NCBI GenBank assembly: GCA_043779595.1
Contig: JAYWDZ010000336.1
Span: 1,269 to 65,268 of the forward strand
Reading direction: 5' to 3'
DNA: 64,000 nt
Origin: Nitrosomonadales bacterium
Lineage (GTDB): Bacteria; Pseudomonadota; Gammaproteobacteria; Burkholderiales; Thiobacillaceae
The translations under genes were made by a program, and so were the position numbers. The notes under the pieces were generated by a model, which searched no databases, was not told the DNA's origin, and saw only the letters and a program-made list of their open reading frames with translations. Position 1 is the first letter of the stretch. Each line of letters starts with the position of its first letter. Shown in pieces: positions 51,855 to 61,652 of this stretch.

Positions 51855-53750
51855 ATGCAATTTCTAAAATGGGGACGGTTGGCGTGCAGTGCCGTGATGG
51901 CGCTGTACAGTGTAACGCATGCCTATGCACAGGCAGCCGGGGATTGGGGGCTTTTCTCGCATGATTACGCAAACAGCAACTTTAATCCTGATGAATGGAA
52001 AATTTCTCCTCAGACCGCACCCATGTTGCAGCGCGCCTGGGAAACATTTAATGACTCCCAATGGCGTCCTACTCCACCTCCGACAGGGTTTATTCTGGAA
52101 TCAGCGATTGGATTGAAGTTTCCAAGTTCTGTGGTAGGTGTCATTGCCCCGCCTATTGTTATTGACGGCACCATTTATTACGTTGACGCACTAGGTATGT
52201 TGTTTGCCAGGGATGCCAAGACGGGGGGGATAACCAACCCCTTAAAGCATTGGTCGACGCCATTAGTTGATCCCGATTACACGGCACACACTCCCGCTAT
52301 CGCCCCTGACCTGTATTACTCGGCTCCGGTAATTTCTGGCCCCTTCATTTGGATTCATAGTTCACTTTACGGCCGTGTTCACGCCATTAAGCGTGTAGGG
52401 GGCGGCGAGATTGATTTCGATCCGGTTATGCCAGGTATACAGCCCTTGGCTTTGGTGCCAGATCAGTTGCTGGCTTCCAACTTAGGTGAGCCAGTTATCG
52501 TAAAAACTTATGTTGATACGTCGAAATCGGACGACGCACTTGACAGCATAAGTTCATCTACAGACTTTATGGTCGGCGTGCGTAAGCTATTCATCACTGA
52601 GGTAAATGTGATCTTGAATGATGCACTCATTCAAGGGGGGCAGGGCGGTTACATCGTGGCGCTGGACATTACCAATCCACTTAAACCATTTGAGGCTTGG
52701 CGTACCCCGACGATAGATATCAATCCTGTAACTGGCAAGCGTTACAGTGCAGGTGTTTCTGCGGGATCAGGGCTCGCGGTAGACAGGTCACGTCACCTCA
52801 TCTACGGGGGTACCGGTCAAAATACGATTAAGCCCTATCCAGAATATCCTGATGCAACACATGCCCCTCTCGGTTACATTGATCGTAGCGATAGTCTCTA
52901 CGCTATTGACTACCGTACAGGTAAATTTGTATGGGTGAATCAACTGCACAAAGGCGATGTGTTTGATCTTAATAACCCCGTTTCAGCAGCTCCTAATCAG
53001 GTAAATGGACCGAGGGACGCTGATGTGCTTTCGCCGCCAGTGTTATTTAGCGCGCGTACCTCGGATGGCCGTCAAAGGGACTTAGTGGGAGGGGGCAGCA
53101 AGGGGGGGCTATACCGAGTTGTTGACCGCGCGACAGGAGAGACAATCTGGCAGCGTCAAATTAGTAAATCCACTGGCCTCGGGGGCATACAGGCCGGCGC
53201 AGCTTATGCCAATGGCATTCTTTACGTTGCCGGATTTGAGGGGATTGACGATGGTTTTTCAGACGCAAACTTCGATACGCCGACTAGTAAATACAAAAAT
53301 GCTTTTTTTGCCACCTTTAGTCCGGCATTTTGGGCAGATGTAGAAGATGTCAGCGACGACGGAATGGCAATAACGGGGATGCAAACCAAGGTGTACGCAC
53401 TGGATGCCCGTACCGGCAAGTCGATCTGGAAATTTAAAAATACCGGAAAGGATTACCTTGAGCTTAAAGCCGGGGCCGCTATGCGCCATGTGTCAGTCGC
53501 TAATAAGCTGCTTTATGTCACAACCTCATCAGGCCTGTTATCGGTGTTTAACACTATTGATGGCGAGATGCTGTTCCAGGATCAAACCGGTGATCTCAAT
53601 GTGATTTTTAATCTAGGCTTGAATAAACCACATCATGCCAGCATGAACGCCGGTACTGTTGTGAGCGATGGCATGGTCTATGTCCCCTATGGTGCGCAAA
53701 ACAACCCTTCCGGAGGGATGTTTGCGTATAGGGTCGGGAATGGGAAATAG
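51855..53750 (+). CDS. Exported PQQ-type beta-propeller protein
   Basis: Signal peptide, DW..FSHDYANSNFN, repeated 'A.D..TG...W' blades, YGGTGQN, GSKGG. Confidence 0.8.
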   Translation: MQFLKWGRLACSAVMALYSVTHAYAQAAGDWGLFSHDYANSNFNPDEWKISPQTAPMLQRAWETFNDSQWRPTPPPTGFILESAIGLKFPSSVVGVIAPPIVIDGTIYYVDALGMLFARDAKTGGITNPLKHWSTPLVDPDYTAHTPAIAPDLYYSAPVISGPFIWIHSSLYGRVHAIKRVGGGEIDFDPVMPGIQPLALVPDQLLASNLGEPVIVKTYVDTSKSDDALDSISSSTDFMVGVRKLFITEVNVILNDALIQGGQGGYIVALDITNPLKPFEAWRTPTIDINPVTGKRYSAGVSAGSGLAVDRSRHLIYGGTGQNTIKPYPEYPDATHAPLGYIDRSDSLYAIDYRTGKFVWVNQLHKGDVFDLNNPVSAAPNQVNGPRDADVLSPPVLFSARTSDGRQRDLVGGGSKGGLYRVVDRATGETIWQRQISKSTGLGGIQAGAAYANGILYVAGFEGIDDGFSDANFDTPTSKYKNAFFATFSPAFWADVEDVSDDGMAITGMQTKVYALDARTGKSIWKFKNTGKDYLELKAGAAMRHVSVANKLLYVTTSSGLLSVFNTIDGEMLFQDQTGDLNVIFNLGLNKPHHASMNAGTVVSDGMVYVPYGAQNNPSGGMFAYRVGNGK

Positions 53751-53863
53751 GCATGAATGCTGATTGGAGCGCCTGGCTCTAACACAGCTAATAGATATTC
53801 CTGGTGCTAATTCGCCTGTGGAATAGGTGACCCGCTAAATGGGTACGTCATAAGGACTTACAG

Positions 53864-54580
53864 ATGAATCTCAATGCTGACCTGATGCAACGTATTGTAC
53901 TCAGCGTTGCGAAGCTGCCTTGGGAACCTGTAAACGGTGCACCAGGTACCCAGTGCTTGCTATCCTGTGATGAAAATTTAAACGCATCCACCCGTATCGT
54001 CAGGTACGAAGCTGGCACTACTTTTTCATGGCAAACCCATGCTCAAAAAAGAGAGATTTTGGTGCTTGAGGGTGAGTTCATGAATGAGAATGACGTATAT
54101 CCCGCGGGTACTTATCTCAAAACTTCCCCTGACTGGACCCCCGCACGGAAAAGTGTCAATGGATGCACGCTGCTTATCAAAACCCTCCACACAGAAGACT
54201 CTAATCGGAAATGCATAGTTATTCGCCCATTTGAGAGACGATGGCATGCGGGACTAGTACCCGGCCTTGAGGTTTTGGCTTTGGATCAAACTGGCATTAC
54301 CCATACCGCCTTAGTGCGTTGGGCACCCGAAACCTACTTCAGCAAACATCAACATTGTGGCGGGGAAGAAATTTTTGTCTTGCAAGGCACATTTCAGGAT
54401 GAAAACGGTGATTACTCCAGCGGCACGTGGCTTCGTAACCCCCACATGAGCGCACATCAACCTTATTCTAAAATGGGCTGCTTGATTTTTGTTAAGGTAG
54501 GGCACTTGTGGAATTCGCCCGAGGCACGTCATGCTCCTCAAATAGCTTTCGAGCATCGCAAGACTTTAAAAAGCCTTTAA
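53864..54580 (+). CDS. ChrR-like double cupin protein
   Basis: MNLNAD; H.H.GGEEIFVLQGTFQDENGDY..GTWLRNPH.S.HQP in the second cupin; first cupin more degenerate. Confidence 0.85.
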   Translation: MNLNADLMQRIVLSVAKLPWEPVNGAPGTQCLLSCDENLNASTRIVRYEAGTTFSWQTHAQKREILVLEGEFMNENDVYPAGTYLKTSPDWTPARKSVNGCTLLIKTLHTEDSNRKCIVIRPFERRWHAGLVPGLEVLALDQTGITHTALVRWAPETYFSKHQHCGGEEIFVLQGTFQDENGDYSSGTWLRNPHMSAHQPYSKMGCLIFVKVGHLWNSPEARHAPQIAFEHRKTLKSL

Positions 54581-54667
54581 ACCTGCTTAAGCAAGATTTA
54601 GTTCCGAGCCAAAGTCCAATGGTAGTGATGATGCCAAGCCTGTGATGTGATTCCTTGAATCCTTAAC

Positions 54668-54695
54668 ATTTAACATAATATACATTATACGAAGT
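54668..54695 (-). other. dif site (XerC/XerD chromosome dimer resolution)
   Basis: Minus strand ACTTCGTATAA-TGTATA-TTATGTTAAAT; XerD arm and spacer identical to E. coli dif; intergenic. Confidence 0.93.
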
Positions 54696-54804
54696 CGCTG
54701 ATTAGGTTTCGGATAGATTGATGTCTGAATTTACCTTAGGTGCATCTTAGGTCCCTGATAACGTTATACAGTTTAATTTAAAAAATCATCAAGGCTTTAC
54801 CAAA

Positions 54805-55695
54805 ATGAAGAGCCAATGGACCGGACGTACGCTTATTTTATTTAACCTCTTCGTAGGCTTATCCGCTTCTGCCTTTGGAGCAACTGATAAAAACGTCGAG
54901 CTATTGTTGAATACAAAATATGGCGGCTTGGTTGTCGAGCTTCGGAGTAATCAATTTAAGAAACCGATATTTCTTGACTCCATTGAGGCCTCAAATCAAT
55001 TAAGAGGTGATATTTATGCCCTGATTGAGCATCCTTTCAATGAGGTTAATGCTGCACTGCAGCTTCCCTCTAATTGGTGCGATATTTTGATCCTGCACAT
55101 TAATACCAAGTACTGCAAAGCGATACTTCGCGGAGATGGCGCTGAGTTAAGAATGCGAATAGGCAAAAAGGTGACTCAGCCTATCGAAGATGCCTATGAG
55201 CTTGCGTTGGGTTTTCGGGTGATGCAGTCTGACCGTAATTATCTCAGCGTCAAACTGAATGCGAATGAAGGCCCTATGGGTACGCGTAACTATCGGATTC
55301 TGTTTGAAGCCATTCCAGTGCAAGCCAACAAGACATTTATACATCTCGCGTATTCCTATGAATATGGCCTGACGGGTGGCTTAGCTATGAAGGCTTATTT
55401 GGCTTCGGTCGGTAGAAATAAGGTTGGTTTTACGTTAACCAAAGATCCCTCCGATATCAGGCCACACTACATAAAAGGCATGCGAGGTATGGTGGAGAGG
55501 AACACCATGCGTTACTACCTCGCCATAGATAGTTACCTCAATTCCTTATCCGTACCGGTGGAAACTCGGACTAATAAGCGCCTACAAGATTGGTTTACCG
55601 GCTCTGAACAGTACCCACGACAGTTATATGAAATAAGCAGAAACGCTTATTTCATAATGAAGCAAGATGAACTCAAAAGAATGTATTCAAACTAA
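54805..55695 (+). CDS. Exported hypothetical protein
   Basis: 296 aa with signal peptide; WCDILILHINTKYC, G.RG.VERNTMRYYLAI, EQYPRQL; function unknown. Confidence 0.75.
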   Translation: MKSQWTGRTLILFNLFVGLSASAFGATDKNVELLLNTKYGGLVVELRSNQFKKPIFLDSIEASNQLRGDIYALIEHPFNEVNAALQLPSNWCDILILHINTKYCKAILRGDGAELRMRIGKKVTQPIEDAYELALGFRVMQSDRNYLSVKLNANEGPMGTRNYRILFEAIPVQANKTFIHLAYSYEYGLTGGLAMKAYLASVGRNKVGFTLTKDPSDIRPHYIKGMRGMVERNTMRYYLAIDSYLNSLSVPVETRTNKRLQDWFTGSEQYPRQLYEISRNAYFIMKQDELKRMYSN

Positions 55696-55745
55696 ACAAG
55701 TGATTGCGTACAATATCTAAAAGCTACTTTAATTTCGATCAATAC

Positions 55746-56546
55746 TTACGCAGCTTTACTTAAAGGTGCGTGGGGAGGATTGACCCGGGTAACTTTCGAC
55801 TGGAATGGCGCGTCAGCATAAGCATGTTTTTGTGCACACGCTCCTGGCAGCAATCGATCAAATTCTTTTTTGACAACGCTATAGCATTCACAAACCCGCT
55901 CTTCCAATGCCGGTCGATTGAGTACTGTAATACGGCCACGAGAATATTGAATTAAACCTGCGCGCTGTAATTTTCCGGCAGCTTCGGTCACGCCTTCTCG
56001 CCGCACGCCGAGCATGTTCGAGAGCAGTTCCTGCGTCATAACCAATTCATTGGTGTGGAGCCTATCAAGGCTAATCAAAAGCCTTCTGCACAATTGCTGG
56101 TCCAGCGTGTGATAACGATTGCACACGGCTGTTTGCGACATTTGGGTAATCAGGGCCTGGGTATAGCGCAACAATAAGTGCAGTACTGGGCCACCCAGAT
56201 TGACTTCTTCTTTTAAAAACCGTGGCTTTAAGCGATAGCCATGACCGGCACTTTCCACTACTGCGCGGTTAGGCATCGTTTCACCGCCCATGAACAGAGC
56301 TATGCCGACTAAGCCTTCATTACCTACCACTGCGACTTCGGTTGAGGCGCCATTTTCCATCCCATAAAGCAGAGAAACAATGGACGTGATCGGAAAATAA
56401 ATGTGGGGTGAGGCAGCGCCAGCTTCATACAGCACGTCGCTGAGGGGCATTTCTACATACTCAAGATGCGGCATTAAACGCGCATAAACCTCATCCGGTA
56501 GTGCGTTGAGTAGATGGTTTTGACGTGGGTGGGCGAGCAGTTTAAT
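55746..56546 (-). CDS. Crp/Fnr family regulator
   Basis: cNMP domain (YFP...VSLL, VGNEGLVG), HTH MTQELLSNMLGVRREGVTEAAG; the frame extends upstream of the tracked ATG through PRQNHLLNALP to an ATT placed 6 nt after AAGGAG. Confidence 0.9.
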   Translation of the reverse strand: MKLLAHPRQNHLLNALPDEVYARLMPHLEYVEMPLSDVLYEAGAASPHIYFPITSIVSLLYGMENGASTEVAVVGNEGLVGIALFMGGETMPNRAVVESAGHGYRLKPRFLKEEVNLGGPVLHLLLRYTQALITQMSQTAVCNRYHTLDQQLCRRLLISLDRLHTNELVMTQELLSNMLGVRREGVTEAAGKLQRAGLIQYSRGRITVLNRPALEERVCECYSVVKKEFDRLLPGACAQKHAYADAPFQSKVTRVNPPHAPLSKAA

Positions 56547-56859
56547 GATGGACTCCTTAACTCAAAAACTAATGACTTTCCCCGGTTTCACTAACCTTTA
56601 GGGATGCTTTCATGACAGTTTTGAGTCTAGGGAGTTATCTTGCAGACGGCATACCCTAAAGGTTGAATCAGTAGTACTTTATAGGCTGAAATTTTTGTAG
56701 GATAGCCAGAAAATTTTCTGTTTAAACCAGCAATATCGTCTCAAGATGCCCCATGGAATAGTCGCCAAAGAGATAACCTTGATAAGCATTGCATCTTGGC
56801 GATATAGGTTTCGACGTTCTCCGGGATCCCCTGAGGCCCTAACATGCGGCCCAGCGTGA

Positions 56860-59800
56860 TCAGCCCGCTTCAACCATTCCAACCGCCTCTTCAACGTCAA
56901 CCGCGACGACCCGCGATACGCCAGGCTCTTGCATCGTGACGCCAGCGAGGTGCTGCGCCATTTCCATCGTCACCCGATTGTGGGTGATGAACAGAAACTG
57001 GGTGTGCGCCGACATCGCCTTCACCAGATTGCAGTAGCGGTCGGTGTTGGCGTCGTCTAGTGGCGCGTCGACCTCGTCGAGCAAACAAAACGGCGCGGGG
57101 TTAAGTTTGAACATCGCAAAAATCAACGACAGTGCGGTCAAGGCTTTTTCGCCGCCTGATAACAAATGGATCGACGCGTTTTTCTTGCCGGGCGGTTGCG
57201 CAAACATTTGCACGCCGGCATCCAGCAATTCGTCGCCGGATAAAATCAGGCGCGCTTGGCCGCCCCCGAAGAGCTGCGGGAAAAGCTCATCCAGATGGCC
57301 ATTTACAGCGTCGAAGGTTTCTTTGAGTCGCGCACGTGATTCCTGATCAATGCGGCGGATGGCGTCTTCGAGGGTAGCCACCGCCTCAGCCAGGTCTGTT
57401 GATTGCGCGGCCAGATAATCGAAACGCTCCTGCGCCTGCGTGAGTTCGTCCAACGCCGCCAGATTGACCGCGCCCAACAGCGCAATTTCATTTTGCAAAC
57501 GGGTAATTTGCCCCTGCAACTGGCTGGGCTTGGGGCTATCGGCAAAGCTGGATTCCAGCTGAACTTCGTCTGCGGCGGCTTCGGTGAGCTGCAATTCAAA
57601 CTGCGATTGCATCAGCATCGCTTCCTGGTCTTTCAAGCGCAATTGTTCGATGGCGCTGCGCAAAGGCTCCAGCCCCTGTTCGCATACGAGGCGCGTTTCA
57701 TCGTGCACACGCAATTGCGCGGTGAGGCCTTCGAGCGCATCGCGTGCCGCGGCGAGTTGCGTTTCAGTGGCGTTGCGTGTTGCCAGTGCCGCCTGCAATT
57801 CGATATCCAATGCATCTTTTGGTAGTTGCTCTAGCTCATCTCGCGCCTGCGTTAAGCGCGTTTCATCATCGCTAATTTCTTTATTGATGAGTTCAATTGA
57901 GGCTGACAATTCTTTGATTTTGTTGTCGCAAGTGGTGAGCGAGAATCCGGCCTCTTGGTGTCGCCGCTCGGCAGCACGTTGCAATTCACGCGCTTCGAAT
58001 ACTGCACGATCCGCCTTATCCCGCTGCTGCCGTCCTTCGTATAAACGTTCGCGTGCGAGTTCGGTTTGCATGCGAAGCGCTATCAGGTGGGCCTCAAGCG
58101 CGCTAATCGCAGCGCGCTCGGTATCTGCTTGCTTGGTGACTTCTGCAAGTTCGTTTGCAATCTGCGTCACCCTGCCCTGCACGCGTTCCACCGCTTGCTG
58201 CAGTCGTACCAATTCCAATTGCGCGGTGTGGTGGCGGCTTTGGGTTTGCGCGGTTTGCGCACGCAGTGCTTGAATTTCGCGCAGGCGTTCGGCATGGGTA
58301 AGTTGCGCTTCACTATGCGCGGCTTCGAGCCGAGCCACTTCTGCGCGTAACGTCACGGATTCCCGGCCTAACCTCGCCAGCTCACGCCCGCCTGCGAGAA
58401 TGCCTTCTACAGCTGTATGCGGCCCATGAAAATTCACGCTAGTGCGGGTAAAGATATGGCCTTCGGGGGTGACCATGCACTCCCCGGATTGCAAGCTTGT
58501 GCGGCGGGATAGCGCGTCCGCGACATCATCAGCAAGCTGCACCGCACTGAGCCAATCTGCCAACGCGGCTTGAACCGCGCTGTCGTCAGCGTCGATTTTG
58601 CTGGCTAGAGTGTTTCCGGCAACATTCGAATTAGACTCTTGACCGCCCCAAAGGGTTAGCCGTGTGGGGGGTGCATCGTCAAACCATTCGGTTGGGACTG
58701 CGGACTCGACCGCTTGCAAACGCTCACGCAGCACCGCTTCGACCGCTGCTTCCCAGCCAGGCGCCACGCGTAGTTTTTCCCATAGCCGCACAGTTTGATC
58801 GAGCCCGCGCTGGCGCAACCACGCTGCGAGTTTTTCATCCGCCTTTAAGCTTTCTTGCAGCTTTTGCAATGCGGCAAGTTCGGCTTCGACCTGGTGCAGT
58901 GCTTTGCGCGCCACTTCAAGATCGCGCATATGTTGCGCGCGGGCGGCGTCGAGTTCCGGCAAATCCGTTTCCGCTGTTTTCAATCCTGCCAGTGCCGCAT
59001 CCAGCACGCACGCCAATTCCTGCAACTCAAGTTCTTTTTTAGCCAGCCCCGCCGCATCGGGCCGCGGTAATTGCGCCTGCTCTTGTTCGAGTCGACGGCG
59101 GCGAATATCGAGTTGTTCGATTTGGCGCTTGGTGTGGCCGAGGCTGTTTTCATCCACCTGCCGCGCCTGCTCGTATTGCATGACTGCGCGCTGCGCTTCC
59201 CCAACCGCGTGCTGGGTCTGGCGTAGCGCTTCTTCTTTTTGCGGGAGATGATTATCGGTTGCCTCTCGCGCGGCAAGCTCGGCTTCGTGCAACGCCGCTA
59301 GCAAGCCAGGTTGCCGGGTCATCCATTCCTGATGTGACGCAAGCGCCGCATCGCGTCGCAACAACGCGGCATCGTGCCGCGTTGCCACATCCTGAATCTG
59401 TTTATGCAGCCGCTCGCGTGTTGCGTTTTGATGCTGCATGCTTTGTTCGATGCGCGCCACGTCCGACTGCGCCTGGTAGTAAACGGCCTGTTGCGCATTG
59501 AGCGCATCCTGCCCGGAAAAGTGGGTCTGGCGGGCGGACTCTAGCGTAGCTTCGATCTGGCGCAAGCGGGCGGTTTCGGCTTCCAGCCGCGTCTGCGCGT
59601 CGTTTAAATCACGCTGCACCCGCTCGCGCTGACCCTTGGCATCGCGCTTGTTTGCGTACCACAGCCGGTGCTGCGATAAGGTCAAATCGGTTTGCAGGTT
59701 GCGATATTGTTGAGCGACCTCGGCTTGCGCTGCGAGTTTCTCAAGTTGGGTTTTAAGTTCGCGCTGGATGTCGGCGACACGGTTCAGATTGTCGCGCGCG

Positions 59801-60357
59801 TCCTTCAGGCGGCTTTCCGTCTCGCGGCGGCGCTCTTTGTATTTGGAGACACCGGCGGCTTCTTCTAGATAACCGCGCAGTTCTTCGGGCTTGGCTTCGA
59901 TCAGCCGCGCGATCATGCCCTGTTCGATGATCGCATACGCGCGCGCGCCCACGCCGGTGCCCAAAAACAAATCGGCCACGTCACGCCGCCGCACGCGCAA
60001 ATTGTTGATCGAGTACGTCGAGTCGCCGTTGCGCTCCAATACGCGCTTGACCGAGATTTCTGCGTACTGCGACCACTGACCCGCGGCGCGGCCGAGTTCG
60101 TTGTTAAACGCCAACTCCACCGACGCGCGCGAGGAGGGTTTGCGCGTGCCGGAGCCATTGAAAATCACGTCCTGCATCGACTCACCGCGCAGATTTTTGG
60201 CCGACGATTCGCCCAGCACCCAGCGTACCGCGTCGATCACGTTCGACTTGCCGCAGCCGTTCGGCCCGACCACGCCGGTTAATTGTGCGGGGACAGGAAT
60301 GACCGTGGGATCGACAAAACTTTTGAAACCGGCGAGTTTGATGTGAGTCAGGCGCAA
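56860..60357 (-). CDS. smc: Chromosome segregation protein SMC
   Basis: GFKSFVD, GPNGCGKSN, long coiled coils and hinge, LSGGEKAL, LLDEVDAPLD. Confidence 0.97.
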   Translation of the reverse strand: MRLTHIKLAGFKSFVDPTVIPVPAQLTGVVGPNGCGKSNVIDAVRWVLGESSAKNLRGESMQDVIFNGSGTRKPSSRASVELAFNNELGRAAGQWSQYAEISVKRVLERNGDSTYSINNLRVRRRDVADLFLGTGVGARAYAIIEQGMIARLIEAKPEELRGYLEEAAGVSKYKERRRETESRLKDARDNLNRVADIQRELKTQLEKLAAQAEVAQQYRNLQTDLTLSQHRLWYANKRDAKGQRERVQRDLNDAQTRLEAETARLRQIEATLESARQTHFSGQDALNAQQAVYYQAQSDVARIEQSMQHQNATRERLHKQIQDVATRHDAALLRRDAALASHQEWMTRQPGLLAALHEAELAAREATDNHLPQKEEALRQTQHAVGEAQRAVMQYEQARQVDENSLGHTKRQIEQLDIRRRRLEQEQAQLPRPDAAGLAKKELELQELACVLDAALAGLKTAETDLPELDAARAQHMRDLEVARKALHQVEAELAALQKLQESLKADEKLAAWLRQRGLDQTVRLWEKLRVAPGWEAAVEAVLRERLQAVESAVPTEWFDDAPPTRLTLWGGQESNSNVAGNTLASKIDADDSAVQAALADWLSAVQLADDVADALSRRTSLQSGECMVTPEGHIFTRTSVNFHGPHTAVEGILAGGRELARLGRESVTLRAEVARLEAAHSEAQLTHAERLREIQALRAQTAQTQSRHHTAQLELVRLQQAVERVQGRVTQIANELAEVTKQADTERAAISALEAHLIALRMQTELARERLYEGRQQRDKADRAVFEARELQRAAERRHQEAGFSLTTCDNKIKELSASIELINKEISDDETRLTQARDELEQLPKDALDIELQAALATRNATETQLAAARDALEGLTAQLRVHDETRLVCEQGLEPLRSAIEQLRLKDQEAMLMQSQFELQLTEAAADEVQLESSFADSPKPSQLQGQITRLQNEIALLGAVNLAALDELTQAQERFDYLAAQSTDLAEAVATLEDAIRRIDQESRARLKETFDAVNGHLDELFPQLFGGGQARLILSGDELLDAGVQMFAQPPGKKNASIHLLSGGEKALTALSLIFAMFKLNPAPFCLLDEVDAPLDDANTDRYCNLVKAMSAHTQFLFITHNRVTMEMAQHLAGVTMQEPGVSRVVAVDVEEAVGMVEAG

Positions 60358-60440
60358 GAGAACCCTAAGCTTTTATAATGACGTTACCGAAGGCTCGCGT
60401 GGCCTTCTTGTCCTTGCGCATTCTACACTGAGCCCCCGCC

Positions 60441-60860
60441 ATGCCCTCCTCCCCCCTCCGCCTGCTGGAAACCTTTGCCAATCCCAAGCCCGAGCGCGAT
60501 TTTCACATCCATATGGAAATCCCCGAGTTCACTTGTTTGTGCCCCAAAACCGGCCAGCCCGATTTCGCGACCCTGTATTTGGATTACATTCCCGACAAAA
60601 CCTGCGTCGAACTCAAAAGCCTGAAACTGTACATTTGGGGATTTCGTGAGGAAGGCCACTTTCACGAAGACGTCACCAATCGCATCCTGGATGATTTGAT
60701 CAAGGCGGCCAAACCGCGCTTCATGCGCCTGACCGCCAAGTTTTATGTGCGCGGTGGCATTTTCACCAATGTCATCGCCGAGCATTGCAAAAAAGGCTGG
60801 AAACCCGCGCCCCGCGTGGACTTGACTGGCTTTGACCATCAGTCTAATACTCGCGGATAA
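60441..60860 (+). CDS. queF: NADPH-dependent preQ0 reductase (short type)
   Basis: [33 protein letters not shown]. Confidence 0.95.
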   Translation: MPSSPLRLLETFANPKPERDFHIHMEIPEFTCLCPKTGQPDFATLYLDYIPDKTCVELKSLKLYIWGFREEGHFHEDVTNRILDDLIKAAKPRFMRLTAKFYVRGGIFTNVIAEHCKKGWKPAPRVDLTGFDHQSNTRG

Positions 60861-60873
60861 TCTCGAGTTCCCG

Positions 60874-60897
60874 AAAAAATCGACCCTGGTCGGTTTT
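60874..60897. terminator. Possible bidirectional terminator after queF
   Basis: AAAAAATCGAC-CCTG-GTCGGTTTT. Confidence 0.45.
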
Positions 60898-61046
60898 GGT
60901 TTTGCTGGTTGATGTAAACGTCGGCGTGTACAAGCTATTGAAGGAGCTGGTAGTTGCAGGTTGCGGCCAATGCTTAATTAAAGTCTCACTGATTCTTTCA
61001 AGGCGCGACGCATAGGGAAGTAAGTTTTATGCGGATTTTGGGTGCA

Positions 61047-61652
61047 TCATGGGGCAGACATAAAGGATGCGAGCCGAGACAACGTACGATCCAAGCTAGG
61101 TGAGGCCATTCTGGCGCATTCAACATCCCAGCTTAGGGTTACAAACTCTGATAAGCGCGCATTGTAGAGTGGACCAATTGATGCACTGGAACCCATTTCC
61201 GGCACCAGTTCCATCGCTAGGCGCTGCCTTCTACTTTTCCGTGCCAGATTGATAAGAGTGCGCTTTGGATCAACTTCGGCTTCAGGATATTGAGGTACCT
61301 TATTTTTCGCGACACTCAAGAAGTTGGCGATACCGCTCCTATCTGCAAGCAACCAGGCTTCCACTTCCCTGACAGCAATACGAATTAGCAGCTGAGGCGG
61401 CAGCGACTGAGCCTTCCAGTCTTGAAGCAAAGCAGGGGGGCAAGGATATTGATCGAGGTCGGTCAGCACTACATGCGGCAGCACATGACAGGCGTTTCTA
61501 AACTTAGGTATGCCTGACTTAAGTCGACCATAACCGCGTGCATTCATAATTCTAGAAATAACAAACTTCCGGCCAGTTGCTTGAATGAGCTTGCGCACTA
61601 CGGCAACGCTAAGCTCATCCTCCGCTGCCACCAGCAAATTGCACTCTGTCAT
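61047..61652 (-). CDS. DUF4276-like (Toprim-type) protein
   Basis: VAAED (Toprim Glu), VLTDLD (DxD), AVREVEAWLLAD, DPK, SPSL; 4-bp overlap with the ATPase gene. Confidence 0.75.
   Translation of the reverse strand: MTECNLLVAAEDELSVAVVRKLIQATGRKFVISRIMNARGYGRLKSGIPKFRNACHVLPHVVLTDLDQYPCPPALLQDWKAQSLPPQLLIRIAVREVEAWLLADRSGIANFLSVAKNKVPQYPEAEVDPKRTLINLARKSRRQRLAMELVPEMGSSASIGPLYNARLSEFVTLSWDVECARMASPSLDRTLSRLASFMSAP

Noticed and set aside
54680-54695. 16-bp identity to loxP (ACTTCGTATAATGTAT on the minus strand)
   Set aside because: The other arm is a perfect XerD site and there is no cre; this is dif, not lox or vector contamination.
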